Below, piece after piece: positions 1-10,641 of a stretch of 64,000 nucleotides of DNA. The translations under genes were made by a program, and so were the position numbers. The stretch is taken from assembly GCA_963845755.1 (NCBI GenBank), contig CAWJTV010000011.1, forward strand, positions 1,056,001-1,120,000, read 5' to 3'. The notes below the pieces were generated by a model. The model saw only the letters and a program-made list of their open reading frames with translations. It did no database searches and was not told the DNA's origin. Each line of letters starts with the position of its first letter. Within the stretch, counting starts at the first letter, position 1. This stretch comes from an uncultured Planctomycetota bacterium. Lineage in GTDB: Bacteria > Planctomycetota > Planctomycetia > Isosphaerales > Isosphaeraceae.

Positions 1-881
1 AGCGGCGTCGTGCCGGTCAAGAGTTCGTAGAGCAGGACGCCCAGCGAGTAGATGTCGCTGCGGGTGTCGACGTCCAGGCCGGAGAGCTCGGCTTGCTCGG
101 GGCTCATGTATTCGGGCGTGCCGATCAAGGCGCCGAACTGGGTGAAGAGCGTGCGCTCAGTCAGCCGCTGATCGATCGCCTTGGCCACGCCGAAGTCGAT
201 GATCTTGGGCACCGGGCTGCCGTCGTGGAGCGTGACCAGGACGTTCGACGGCTTGACGTCGCGGTGGATGATCCCCTTCTGGTGAGCATGCTGGATGGCC
301 TGGCAGACGGGGATGAACAGCTCGAGCCGCTCGCGGGGGCTGAGCTTGGCCTCGTCGCAATACTGGGTGATCGGAATCCCGCGCACCAGGTCCATGACGA
401 AGTAGGGGCGTCCGGAGGTCGTGGTGCCGGCATCGAGGACGCGGGCGATGTTGGGATGGTCCATCAGGGCCAGGGCCTGGCGTTCGGCTTCGAACCGAGC
501 AACGACCTGTCGGGTGTCCATGCCGGGCTTGATGATCTTCATCGCGACCTTGCGACGGACGGGCGTCTCCTGCTCGGCCATGTAGACGACACCCATGCCC
601 CCCTCGCCGATCTGCTGGAGGAGCTTGTACGGGCCAATCCGACTGCCGGGTCCTTCGGTGATCGGGCTCAGGCGCGATCCTTCGTCGCCGATCGGGGCGG
701 TGGCGTCGCCGAGATCGGCGGGTGGTTCGAGGAAGCTGTCGGACTCGGCATCGGCGGCCAGCAGGTCGTCGATGCGTCGGCGGAGGTCGGCGTCGCCGAC
801 GCAGGCCTGGTCGAGATAGGCGGCGCGGTCGGCCGGATCGGTCCAGTCGAGGGCGGCGAGGAAGATCGCGCGTTCGGTCAT
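1..881 (-). CDS. Ser/Thr protein kinase (planctomycete type), runs off the window start
   Basis: Manual translation from ATG at 881: [11 protein letters not shown]...[10 protein letters not shown]...VAMKIIK...HRDVKPSN...IIDFGVAK...[10 protein letters not shown]...SDIYSLG (Hanks motifs). Missing from the ORF track because it has no stop in the window. Confidence 0.95.
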   Translation of the reverse strand, partial: MTERAIFLAALDWTDPADRAAYLDQACVGDADLRRRIDDLLAADAESDSFLEPPADLGDATAPIGDEGSRLSPITEGPGSRIGPYKLLQQIGEGGMGVVYMAEQETPVRRKVAMKIIKPGMDTRQVVARFEAERQALALMDHPNIARVLDAGTTTSGRPYFVMDLVRGIPITQYCDEAKLSPRERLELFIPVCQAIQHAHQKGIIHRDVKPSNVLVTLHDGSPVPKIIDFGVAKAIDQRLTERTLFTQFGALIGTPEYMSPEQAELSGLDVDTRSDIYSLGVLLYELLTGTTP

Positions 882-1198
882 GGTGAGTCTCTCCCTCGGG
901 CTGACCTCCGCGTCCGCCTCGGTGGCGGCTCTATTCTCAATGCGACGCACGCGATGAAATCACGCCAGGACTTTTCCCCTGCGCCGAGGCCAGGCCGCTC
1001 GTGACTCGATGATCTGGACGGGATCGTTGCTTTTATATCACGTTGAACATCCCGATGCCAAAGAGGATTGGAAGAGTGGAGAGTTCCGACGCGCCACGAT
1101 AGTCGCAACGCTTGTCTTCTCCGGCGGCTCGAGGGTTTCTAGAATCATGGTGAGACCGCTCGGTGAACACGACCGTGCATCGGAAAGGACCCAGGACC

Positions 1199-1765
1199 AT
1201 GATCCATGGGATTTATCAGATGACCCCGCGGCAGTTCCGCAAGGCAATCGATGCCGGGGTCTTCGGCGAGAAAAAAGTGGAACTCCTGGGAGGGATTCCC
1301 TTTATCATGTCGCAGAACCCGCCGCACATTCTGGCCGTAGCCAAGGTCTTCCTGGCGTTACAAGCTATCGCCGCTCTACCTCGGTGGTTCGTCAACAGGG
1401 AGAGCAACATCTCGTTGCGGGGGTGGCTGCCGATTCCCGATGTCGTTATCCTCCGAGGTCCGATGGCGATCTACGGTCAGCGATTGGCCCGCGCCGGTGA
1501 TGTCCCTCTGTTGGTCGAGGTCTCCGACACGACCTACGCCAGGGACAGCGGGCCGAAGCTGCGGCGCTATGCCAGCTTCCGCATCCCGGTCTACTGGATC
1601 GTCGACCTGAACCGCCGGATCGTCGAGGTCCGCACGGGACCATTCGGCAAGGGGAAGCCGGCCGGTTACGCGGTGTGTCACACCTATCGCGAGGGTGACG
1701 TGATTCCCGTGGAGCTGGACGGTCAGGTGGTCGGACACATCGCGGTGTCCGACCTGCTGCCGTGA
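1199..1765 (+). CDS. Uma2 (DUF820) family putative endonuclease, copy 1
   Basis: KVELLGG, PDVVIL, LLVEVSDTT, YWIVDL motifs; 188 aa from ATG 1199. Confidence 0.9.
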   Translation: MIHGIYQMTPRQFRKAIDAGVFGEKKVELLGGIPFIMSQNPPHILAVAKVFLALQAIAALPRWFVNRESNISLRGWLPIPDVVILRGPMAIYGQRLARAGDVPLLVEVSDTTYARDSGPKLRRYASFRIPVYWIVDLNRRIVEVRTGPFGKGKPAGYAVCHTYREGDVIPVELDGQVVGHIAVSDLLP

Positions 1766-1832
1766 GTCGGGAGATCGAGACGATTGACAGGCCAGGCCAT
1801 TCCACCGAGCCGGCCAGGAAGGAAGTGGGACC

Positions 1833-2399
1833 ATGATCCACGGGATTTATCAGATGACGCCGCGGCAGTTCCGCAAGGCGATCGACGCCGGGGTCTTCGG
1901 CGAAAAACACGTTGAGCTCCTGGGAGGAATTCCCTTCATCATGTCGGAGAACCCGCCGCATATCTTCGCGTCGATGCGACTCTTTGCCGCGCTTCAGGTG
2001 CTGGCAGCCCTACCGCAATGGGTCGTCAACAAGGAGCACTCCCTTGCGTTGGGCCGCTGGCGGCCGCTTGCCGACACCGTCGTGCTTCGTGGTCCCGACA
2101 CGATTTATGGCACCCGTCTGGCCCGCGCCGCGGATGTCGCACTGCTGGTGGAGATCTCCGACACGACCTACGCCAAGGACAGCGGCCCGAAGCTGCGCCG
2201 CTATGCCAGCTACCGCATCCCGGTCTACTGGATCGTCGATTTGAACCGGCGGATCGTCGAGGTCCGCACCGGACCGTTCGGCAAGGGGAAGCAGGCCGGT
2301 TATGCGGTGTGTCACACCTATCGCGAGGGCGACCTGGTCCCCGTGGAGCTGGACGGTCAGGAGGTCGGGCGGGTCGCGGTGTCCGACCTGCTGCCGTGA
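1833..2399 (+). CDS. Uma2 (DUF820) family putative endonuclease, copy 2
   Basis: Tandem paralog of the same length (188 aa) with near-identical N- and C-terminal parts. Confidence 0.9.
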   Translation: MIHGIYQMTPRQFRKAIDAGVFGEKHVELLGGIPFIMSENPPHIFASMRLFAALQVLAALPQWVVNKEHSLALGRWRPLADTVVLRGPDTIYGTRLARAADVALLVEISDTTYAKDSGPKLRRYASYRIPVYWIVDLNRRIVEVRTGPFGKGKQAGYAVCHTYREGDLVPVELDGQEVGRVAVSDLLP

Positions 2400-2559
2400 G
2401 TCGGGCATGGCGAGTTGGGTGCAGCGAAGAGTGGCCTGGAATCTCGTGGGTTTCCGATCCGGTCATTTGGGCTTTCAGGGCGGCAGTTGGGCGGCTATCA
2501 TAGCCGCTCCAGGAATGGCTTGTGAAGCGAATGGATCGACCCATCCCAGGAAGGAATCC

Positions 2560-4166
2560 GTGAGTACGGCCAGTCCCGCCGCCAGCGCCATGTCCGGCTC
2601 CCACCCGAAACCTCTGCCGCCGGTCCTGGGCCGCCTCTTGAGCGGCACGTTCTGGCTGACGTTGCGCGTCCCCCTCCAGGTCGTCTTCTCGTTGTGGTCG
2701 ACCCGCCTGGTGTTGGAGGCGGTCGGGGCGGACGGCAATGGCGCCTATCGGTTCGCCTGGGGATTCGGGTTCTTCCAGTTCCTGTTCGAGTTCGGCGCGA
2801 GCTCGGCGTTGCAGCGGCAGATCTCCGACGCCTGGACGCGCGGCGACCGCGACGGCGTTGACCGGGCCATCGCCAGCGGGATGAACTTCTACGCGGTGAT
2901 GGCGATCCTTCAGATCGCGGCGCTCCTGGGGGTGGCTTATGGGGCGCTGCCGCACTCCGGCCTCCAGCCCAGCTCCTATCCGCTGGTCATCAAGCTCCTG
3001 TGGCTCCAGGCGATCACGGCCCCGACGTTCGGCGTCGCGGTGGTCGTCTCGAGCGTGCTCCAGGCGGCACGGCGTTACGATTTCATGCCCCGGTACGAGC
3101 TGGCGATCACCGTGGTGCGGTTCCTGGTCCTCTGGCTGGGGGTGAAGGCCGGGGTCGATTTCTTCTGGATCGTCGCGAGTCAGACGGCGATCCAGGTGGG
3201 CCTGGGCCTGGGCCCGGCGCTCTGGGTGATGGCGCGCGAGCTGGATCACGTGCCGCATTTCCACGGTGCGCGGTGGGACGACTACAAGGCGCTGGGGCGC
3301 ATCAGCTTCTATATCGCATTGATCCAGATCAGCGTCGTACTGGCCGACAAGATCGACACCATGATCCTCGGCTTCATGCTACCGGAACCGGCCAACCCCC
3401 ACATCACCGTCTATGACATGGTCAGCAAGGCATTCTTGCAGCTCCGTCAGGCCGGCTGGATGCTGGCGTACCTGGTGATGCCGGCCGTCGCCAGCCTGGC
3501 GGCCGCAAACGACGTGCGTGGACTGGAACGAGTCAAGTACGATGGCACCCGGATGCACATCGGTCTGCTGCTGCCGGTGGGGCTCCTGGCCTGGATCTAT
3601 GCCGGTCCCTTCCTCTCGCTGTGGTATAGCGACCGGCTGGACTACGACGCGTCGAACGTGGCGCCGCTGATGCGACTGTTCCTGGTCGCCGCGATCCCGC
3701 TGGTGCTCTCGGTGCCCGCCCAGATGGCGATCGGGATCAACAAGATCAAGGTGATCGCCCTGTCGGCCCTGGTCGGGTCGCTGGTCAACCTGCCGGTCAG
3801 TTGCTACCTGACGTATCGGCTCGGCGTGGCCGGCGTGATCTGGGGCACCGTGCTGACGACGCTGTTCTCCAACCTGCTGGTGCCGGGCGTCTATCTCTTC
3901 CGCGAGCTCCAGATCGACCCGCGGACCTACCTGAAGCGAACCGCCGGCGCCCCATTGGCCGGCGCCGCGGCGCTGGTCGCTGTCACCGCGCGTGGTGCGC
4001 GCAGCTCCTGCCGATCGCCGCGAGTGGGCCGGCCACCCTGTCGCGGATCACGCTGTTCCTCCTCCACCTCACCGTCGGCACCCTCGGCTACATCGCCGGA
4101 TATCTGCTCGTCCCCGCCGGCCGCGGCGACTTCACCGAGCTGGCCGCCAGGCTAAGGCGGCGATGA
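2560..4166 (+). CDS. Oligosaccharide/polysaccharide flippase (MATE/Wzx-like), frameshift near 3990
   Basis: Many hydrophobic helices; GTG start after AAGGAA; C-terminal helices continue in the 3801..4166 frame. Confidence 0.8.
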
Positions 4167-4198
4167 GTGAGTCGGGGAATTACACGTTCTCACGGCTC

Positions 4199-4257
4199 GT
4201 AGGTCAGGTTTTCCAGCCTGACGGTGCCGGATCGTCAGGCTGGAAAGCCTGACCTCC
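4199..4257. repeat. REP-like doublet, family A (GTAGGTCAGGCTTTCCAGCCTGAC ... inverse)
   Basis: Inverted pair with terminal GTAG; same unit at 13071, 20337, 25669, 46155. Confidence 0.9.
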
Positions 4258-4422
4258 ACGTTCGCCGGGGCAATCACATCCGCTCCAGGCGATGGACGAC
4301 CGGCCGCGCGTCGGTCATACTCATGCCTGAGAATGGACGGCGATCGGGGCGTCCTGGCTCTCCGAGGCGCGGCGGCCGTGGCACATCAGTTCGATCGAAT
4401 AAGAGGGGAGTGAAATCCGGTT

Positions 4423-6064
4423 ATGAGAGGGATTTGTTCAACATTCATCGTGGCGGCGGTGGCATGGGGATTGTCGGTGGCCGCCGTGGCCCAGGCGCCG
4501 AAGGGGTCCGGGGACCAGCCACGGGCGGACCGTCAAGCGGAGGGTCCCGCTCCGAAGGCGGCGGCCGTCCCCGAGCCCGGCGGCGAGGCCAAGGCGGTCA
4601 CCAAGGCGATCCTGGAAGAGATCGACAAGCGCTCGGAGCTGATGGCCAACATCGAGTATCTCTGCGACATGATCGGCCCGCGGCTGACCGGCTCGCCGGG
4701 CCTGGCCAAGGCTAACCAGTGGACCCGCGATAAGTTCCGGCAGTACGGCATGGCCAACGCCCACCTCGAGTCGTGGATGATCGAACGGTCCTGGGCCCGC
4801 GGCGAGGCCAGGGGCCGGGTCGTTGTCCCGGTCGAGCAGCGCATCCTCCTGGAATCGGCCGGCTGGAGCCCCTCCACCAAGGGCCCACAGCGCGGGCCGG
4901 TGGTCCACGTCAAGGCCCAGTCGGCCGACGAGCTGAGTCCCTACAAGGGCAAGCTCAAGGGGGCCTGGGTCTTGCTCGACGAGGTCTCCGTCCAGCCTTC
5001 GCCCAAGCAGGCCGCGCCCAACCTGGAAGGCGACATGCGCCGGCGGATCCGCGACTTCACCCGAATGCGGGAATTCTACCGCGAGCTGCAGAAGTTCCTG
5101 GTCGCCGAGGGCGTCGCCGGGCGGCTCCGCGACTCGAACAAGGAGCATGGCCTCGTCAACATGACCGGCGCGTCGGCCAACTTCACCCGGGCCGAGATCC
5201 CCGAGGCGTTCCTGACGACCGAGTCCTACGGCCTGATCTGGCGGCTGCTCAAGCGCGGGCCGGTCGAGCTCGAGATCGACCTGAAGAACACCTTCAGCGA
5301 CGACGAGGTCGAGGTCTACAACACGGTCGCCGAGATTCCCGGCGCCGAGAAGCCCGACGAGGTCGTGATCATCGGCGGCCACATCGATAGCTGGGACCTC
5401 GGCACCGGCGCCACCGACAACGGCACGGGCATCATGGCCGTGCTCGAGGCCGCCCGGGCGCTCAAGGCCGTCGAACGTGAAGCCGAAGCGCACCATCCGC
5501 TTCGTCCTGTTCTCGGGCGAGGAGGAGGGTTTGCATGGATCGCGTGCTTATGTCAAGGCTCATGAGAAAGATATGGCCAAGATTTCCGGCGTGCTGATCC
5601 ACGACACCGGGACCGGGAAGGTCAAGAGCATCGGGCTCCAGGGCCGTTACGACCTGCGCGAAGTCATGGAGAAGGTGGTCGAGCCGTTCAAGGAGGCGGT
5701 GAATCTCGAAGAATTGAGCATGCGGAGCATGTTCGGCACGGATCACCTATCGTTCCTGCCGCACGGGGTGCCGGCCTTCGCCGTGGTCCAGGACATGGCC
5801 GAGTATCGCAAGACGCACCACACCGAGAGTGACACGTTCGACAAGGTCTATCCCGACGAGATCAACCAGGGTGCGAAGGTGCTGGCGGCGTGGGCTTACA
5901 ACGTGGCGATGCTGCCGGATGCCCTGCCGCGCGATCCCAAACCCCCCCAGCGCGGGATGTTCGACAGCCCCGAGTTCCAGCAGCCCCGCGACCAGAAGCC
6001 GAAGTCCGAGGAGCCCCGGAAGCCGGGCAGCAACGGCCGGGCGGCTGCCGACGCGGGGCGGTGA
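4423..6064 (+). CDS. Secreted M28-family metallopeptidase, frameshift near 5476
   Basis: Signal peptide; GGHIDSWD, GATDNGTG, FSGEEEGL, GTDH, HHTESD Zn-binding motifs across two frames. Confidence 0.9.
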
Positions 6065-6380
6065 AACCTCGGAGTGCGTCGCCAATCGAGTCGGGGCGGG
6101 GGTTCGCTATCCGCGCGAAATGCCTGCTGGACTCGTCGGACTGACCGGGTTGGGTTGAACTCATGGACGTGCGGGGGTTGATGGACAGGATCCAGGCGGC
6201 GGCGAAGGCTCTGGCAGGCCGGTTCCGTCGCCGCAAGCCCGCGTCGCCTCCCCGCCGTCTGACCCTCGCCCCACCGGAGCCGATCCCCGCCGATCCGGCG
6301 GAGCACGCCATTCAATTCGCTGAATATCACAAGCGGTCGAACATCGAGACGACTATACTGCACGTGGCCTCTGGGGACAC

Positions 6381-8349
6381 TCAGAGCGTCTCGAGGAACG
6401 CGACGAGATCGGCGATCTCCGCGGGCGTCAGCACCAGGCCGCGGGGATGGTGCTCCTTCCGGAACACGTCTTCGAGCGATCGGGCGCGGCCGTCGTGCAG
6501 GAAGGCGGCGCGCCGGCTGACCCGCGCAGGGCAGGGGGGTTGAACTCATGGTTCCCCACCTCGTCGCGCAATCCCACGTTGAAAAGCTGGGGTGAGGCGT
6601 AATGGGGCGGGGTATGGCACGTCGCGCATTTCCGGGATTCGAAGAGAGCACTCCCGCGCCGACGGCGGCCTTCGTGGCGTCAGGGCCCGCACTCCAGAGC
6701 TTCGGCGAGGGTGGCTCGAGGGATTCCAGATAGGCGATGAGGTCGGCGACCTGGGCGTCACTTGGCCTCGGGCCCTGCATGGTCGTCATGATCGACTTGC
6801 TGACCTGGTCGCCCAGCCGAGCCATGGACCCGGTCCAGGTCCAGGGGCCGGTACTGGCGACGCCCAGGAGCGTCGGCACGCGCTTCGGCGCGCCATAAGA
6901 GCCGTCGCCGAGCGTGTCGCTGAGGAGGTTGTTCGTGTGGCCATCGGTGTGGCAACTCTGACAGCTCATCCAACCGTCGTGAGAGAGCTTGGCGCTCGAG
7001 AATAGTCGCTCGCCGCGGTCGGCGGCGCTCGGCTCGGGATGGGGGCCGAGGCCGATCGTCGCGGGGCGCTGGCCGGTGGCGATGGTGATGACCGAGATCG
7101 TGTCGTCCAGACTGTCGGCGACGTAGAGGGATTCTCCGTCCGGGCTGGTGGCCAGGGCGATGGGCCGGCGTCCCACGACGATCCGATGCGCACCTTGACC
7201 GAGGTCCGCCGCGATCGCGACCTCGTCCATGCCGGAAAGTGCGACCATCACATGGCCGCGGCGGTCGAAGGCGATGGCCCCCGGATCGCCCGCCGCATAG
7301 CCGACGTCGCCCAGGTCGAAGAGTTTGCTGCCTTCGAGGAGCGTGGCATCGGGTCTAGAGCCGTTCACGATCGAGTTGGGCTCGCGTGAGGAACCCCCCC
7401 TGGCCCCCCCTTCGTAAGGGGGGGAGACAGCGGCGCGTTCTTTCCCCTCCTTGCGAAGGGGGGGTGAGGGGGGGGGTTGTTGCAGGGGTTCTTGGGAGTG
7501 CACAAGCTGAGCGTCAACGACTGCATGACTCAGCAGCGCTTCTGTTCGCAGGACCCGCAGATGATTGCGGATCAACTGACCCCAGTGCACATCATCGAAG
7601 CTGGTCTGCGCCAGGCGGTTGAGCACCTGGTGCGCGAGGACCAGCGTCCGGCCGTCGGGGGTGAAGGCCAGTCCGCGGATGTTGTGCGCCGGCAGCGATC
7701 GAACCGACTCGATCGCCAGCGGCTTCGTCTGAACCACCGCGAGCTGTCCGCCGAACGCATCGGCGACGACGAGCCGCGATCCCTCGGGGAAAAACGCCAG
7801 CGCGCGCGGGCAGAACGGCAGGTCGAGACTTCCGTTAATGGAGAGCCTCGGGTGCGGGTCCTCCGGCCCGCGCGCGACAGGCCGGCGAACGTCAGCCGCC
7901 GCGACCAGAGGGAAGCCACGACGCACGACAGGCCGTCGGCCGAGACAACCAGCCCGACCGGATCGGCACTGACCGTCCGTCGTTCCAGGACCTGGATCGA
8001 ATGGCCTTGGTAATCGAGTAATAAGAGGTCGTTGGCCGCCTGATCGACGGCGAGGAGGTGGCGGCCGTCGGGCAGGACGGCGAGGCCGGCCAGGCCGCTG
8101 CCGATATTCGGCTCGCCGACCACGTGGCGGGAGGCGATGTCGATCACCGAGATGGTGCCGCTCCGCCGGTTGGCGACGAGCAGCGTCTTGCCGCCGTCGA
8201 CGAACGCCAGCGCGACGGGCTGGCGGATCCGCCGGGCCAGGGGGCCGTCCGAGTTCGGTTCGTCGCCGCGGGCGACTTCCTGGCGCGTGCAAGAGCCAGG
8301 CCAACAGGGCGACTGCGCCGAGGGTTCGAGTTAGTGAATGTTTGCGCAT
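6381..8349 (-). CDS. Beta-propeller (YVTN-like) plus di-heme cytochrome c peroxidase-like protein, several frameshifts
   Basis: Signal peptide; propeller repeats (ANRRSGTISVID, YVADSLDDTISVI); heme motifs CQSCH and CATCH (second in a shifted frame near 6620). Confidence 0.8.
7392..7478. repeat. C/G-tract palindromic element lying in frame inside the CDS
   Basis: CCCCCCCTGGCCCCCCCTTCGTAAGGGGGGG ... CCCCTCCTTGCGAAGGGGGGGTGAGGGGGGGGG: two hairpins in inverted orientation. Confidence 0.8.
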
Positions 8350-8380
8350 GCTTGTTGACTTTCATCCGTGGATCGACCGT

Positions 8381-9903
8381 TCAGGACTTCTTCCGCGGCC
8401 GTTCGAGGTACTCGATGGCCTTCACCAGGGCATGGTTGACATGCGGGACAGCCTTCGAGGCCGGATTGGCTTTCTGCGGTCGGGAGGACGGTTCGCGAGG
8501 CATCGGGTTCGTGGGGGCCATGACGTCCGGCTTCACGCCGGTCTTGATTTCCGGCGGCGGTCCCGACTCGATCCGGCGTACGGCAACGCGGTCTGGATGG
8601 GTGTTCATCGCGTTCTCAGCCGCGTTGCTGAGGGGCCGGCCATCACCGCGTTCGAGGTAGCCGGTCAGCAATTCGATCGACCAGGAGCCATCGCCGACGG
8701 ACACGCGCGACCGAATGCCTTCGATCGAGGGCTTCCTGACGTGGGCGCCGGCGGTCGGCGAGCCGACGACCGTCGCCCGGCGGTTGTCCTGGAGTGCCGC
8801 CGCGAGCCATTCCGCGGTGCCCCACGTGGTGGCGTTGACCAGGATGGCCATCGGCCAGCCGCGGAACAGGGCGTCAGGCTCGGAATGATAGACCGTCTCT
8901 CCTTGCGCGGTACGGACGCGGCCGATCGAACCGTGATCCAGCAGGCAATCGGCCAGGAGCACGGCCGAATGGACCGAGCTGCCTCCCCGGCCGCGCAGGT
9001 CGAGCACCAGGGCCCGGATGCCCTCGCTCTCGAGTTGCCCTGCCAGTCTGCGCAGCTCATGGGGAGTGCTGGCGGTGATCTCGGTGATCGCCAGATAGCC
9101 GATCGGATCGGGGCTATCGAGCCGCACGTCCCAGCCGCCGGCCGGCCGCTTTTGAATGCCATGTACGGTCTCACGCGGGAGCGAGCCGCGGGTGATCGTA
9201 TACGTCCGGGATTTCGTCTCGTTGGGTTGCCGGACCTTGATCGTGACATCGGTTCCCTCGTCACCGCGTAGCCGATCGACGATGTCGCGCAGGATCACGC
9301 CCTTGGTGGCGACGCCATCGATTTCCTCGATCAGGTCGCCTGTCATGACTCCGGCTCGAGCCGCCGGCCCGCCCGGGAAGACCTGGTGGATGTTCGGCTG
9401 GTGTTCCTTCTCATTGGTCGATAGGGCGATATGAATGCCGACATAGCGATTGCCCTCGATCTGCTCGGCCACCTTGCGCTCCTTGGCGGAGATCAATTCC
9501 GCACCGCCGGGGACGGCGGCGAGCAGTCCATCGAATAGCGTTTCCTCGAGCATCCTCGCCGGGGCCGGCTTGCCGGTCGTGTTCGACTTCGGCCAGGCCT
9601 CCACGAGAAGCTCCGCGAGTTGATCGGGCGTCGCGATGGCCGAGACGCGGCGGCCCAGCCCGGCCGGGACCGTCGCGCCGGATGCGTGGTACAGCGCCTT
9701 GATCGCGGAGAGGATCATCTGCTGCCGAACGGGCGGATCGATGTGATGCTCGAGCACCGCGTCGGTGATCTCCTGGATGCGCTTCGCAGGTCGGGCGGCG
9801 GCTTGGGGGAGGGATCGCCCGCGATCGCCGTCGGGATGGAAACGACCGCCGCGATCGAGAAGACGACAAGGCCGATCAAAGACGTCCGGAGGGGTCGTTC
9901 CAT
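8381..9903 (-). CDS. S41/CtpA-like PDZ protein, probably catalytically inactive; frameshift near 9780
   Basis: Signal peptide, PDZ (GGPAARAGVMTGDLIEEIDG), LVLDLRG, ALQDNRRATVVG. Confidence 0.85.
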
Positions 9904-9933
9904 GATAAAGCCTCCTGGTTCAGGACAAAAGAT

Positions 9934-10233
9934 TCACTCATCAAACGCAAATCGCTTCAGGTCACGGCGACCGTGAATGATGCGTAGGACCAAAATCGTG
10001 TCCTCAAGCGGCCTGAAGAATACCACGTACGGTGGTACCGGGAAGCTGCGAAGACCCGGAGAGATCTCGTCCCTGAGCCGTCCGGTCTCGGGAAACCGGG
10101 CTCGGCTACGGCACTTTTCCAGGATTTGCGAAATCAAGCGGTCGGCCGCTCGCTCGTCTCCCTTCGATGCGACCGAGTACCAGATATCGCGCACGTCGTC
10201 TTTAGCTTTGGCGGTTAGCTCCGGCTCCCTCAT
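9934..10233 (-). CDS. parE: ParE/RelE-family toxin
   Basis: ELTAKAKDDVRDIW...FPETGRLRDEISPGLRSFPVPPYVVFFR...LRIIHGRRDL. Confidence 0.9.
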   Translation of the reverse strand: MREPELTAKAKDDVRDIWYSVASKGDERAADRLISQILEKCRSRARFPETGRLRDEISPGLRSFPVPPYVVFFRPLEDTILVLRIIHGRRDLKRFAFDE

Positions 10234-10514
10234 GATCTCTTTGACCTTCGCTCGGCCGCGAGACGTTTGCGCCCCTGAGCTTTGATCTCCTTGAGGGTTT
10301 CCTCATTGAAGTTGGAGACCTCGCCTCTGTCGGCCTGGTCGATTCCGATCTGAATCTCACGCCGCAGCTCTTCGAGTTTCCTCTGATAAATCTCATCTTT
10401 CTCCTTGAGGAGTCGCAGCCCCTCGCGGATAACCTCGCTCGCCGAATGGTAGAGGCCGCTTCGGACCTTGCCGCTGACGTATTGTTCAAGCTCCGGCGTC
10501 AGTGAAACGTTCAT
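10230..10514 (-). CDS. parD: ParD-family (RHH) antitoxin
   Basis: MNVSLTPELEQYV...SGLYHSASEVIREGLRLL; overlaps the toxin start by 4 nt. Confidence 0.9.
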   Translation of the reverse strand: MNVSLTPELEQYVSGKVRSGLYHSASEVIREGLRLLKEKDEIYQRKLEELRREIQIGIDQADRGEVSNFNEETLKEIKAQGRKRLAAERRSKRS

Positions 10515-10641
10515 ACGTAATTCGACTCCTTCATCGATTCGGAATAGCCCGTACCCCGAATCGTACGTCCGGCCACGGAGAATAGCAATATTTGTTATCG
10601 AGGCCGAGGGCGCCCTCACACTCGATCGAGCGGGTTCATCG

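Noticed and set aside
93..1004. 303-aa plus-strand ORF and the many other long antisense ORFs (e.g. 20365-21933, 42475-44934)
   Set aside because: Shadow frames of real opposite-strand genes in high-GC DNA; no motifs.
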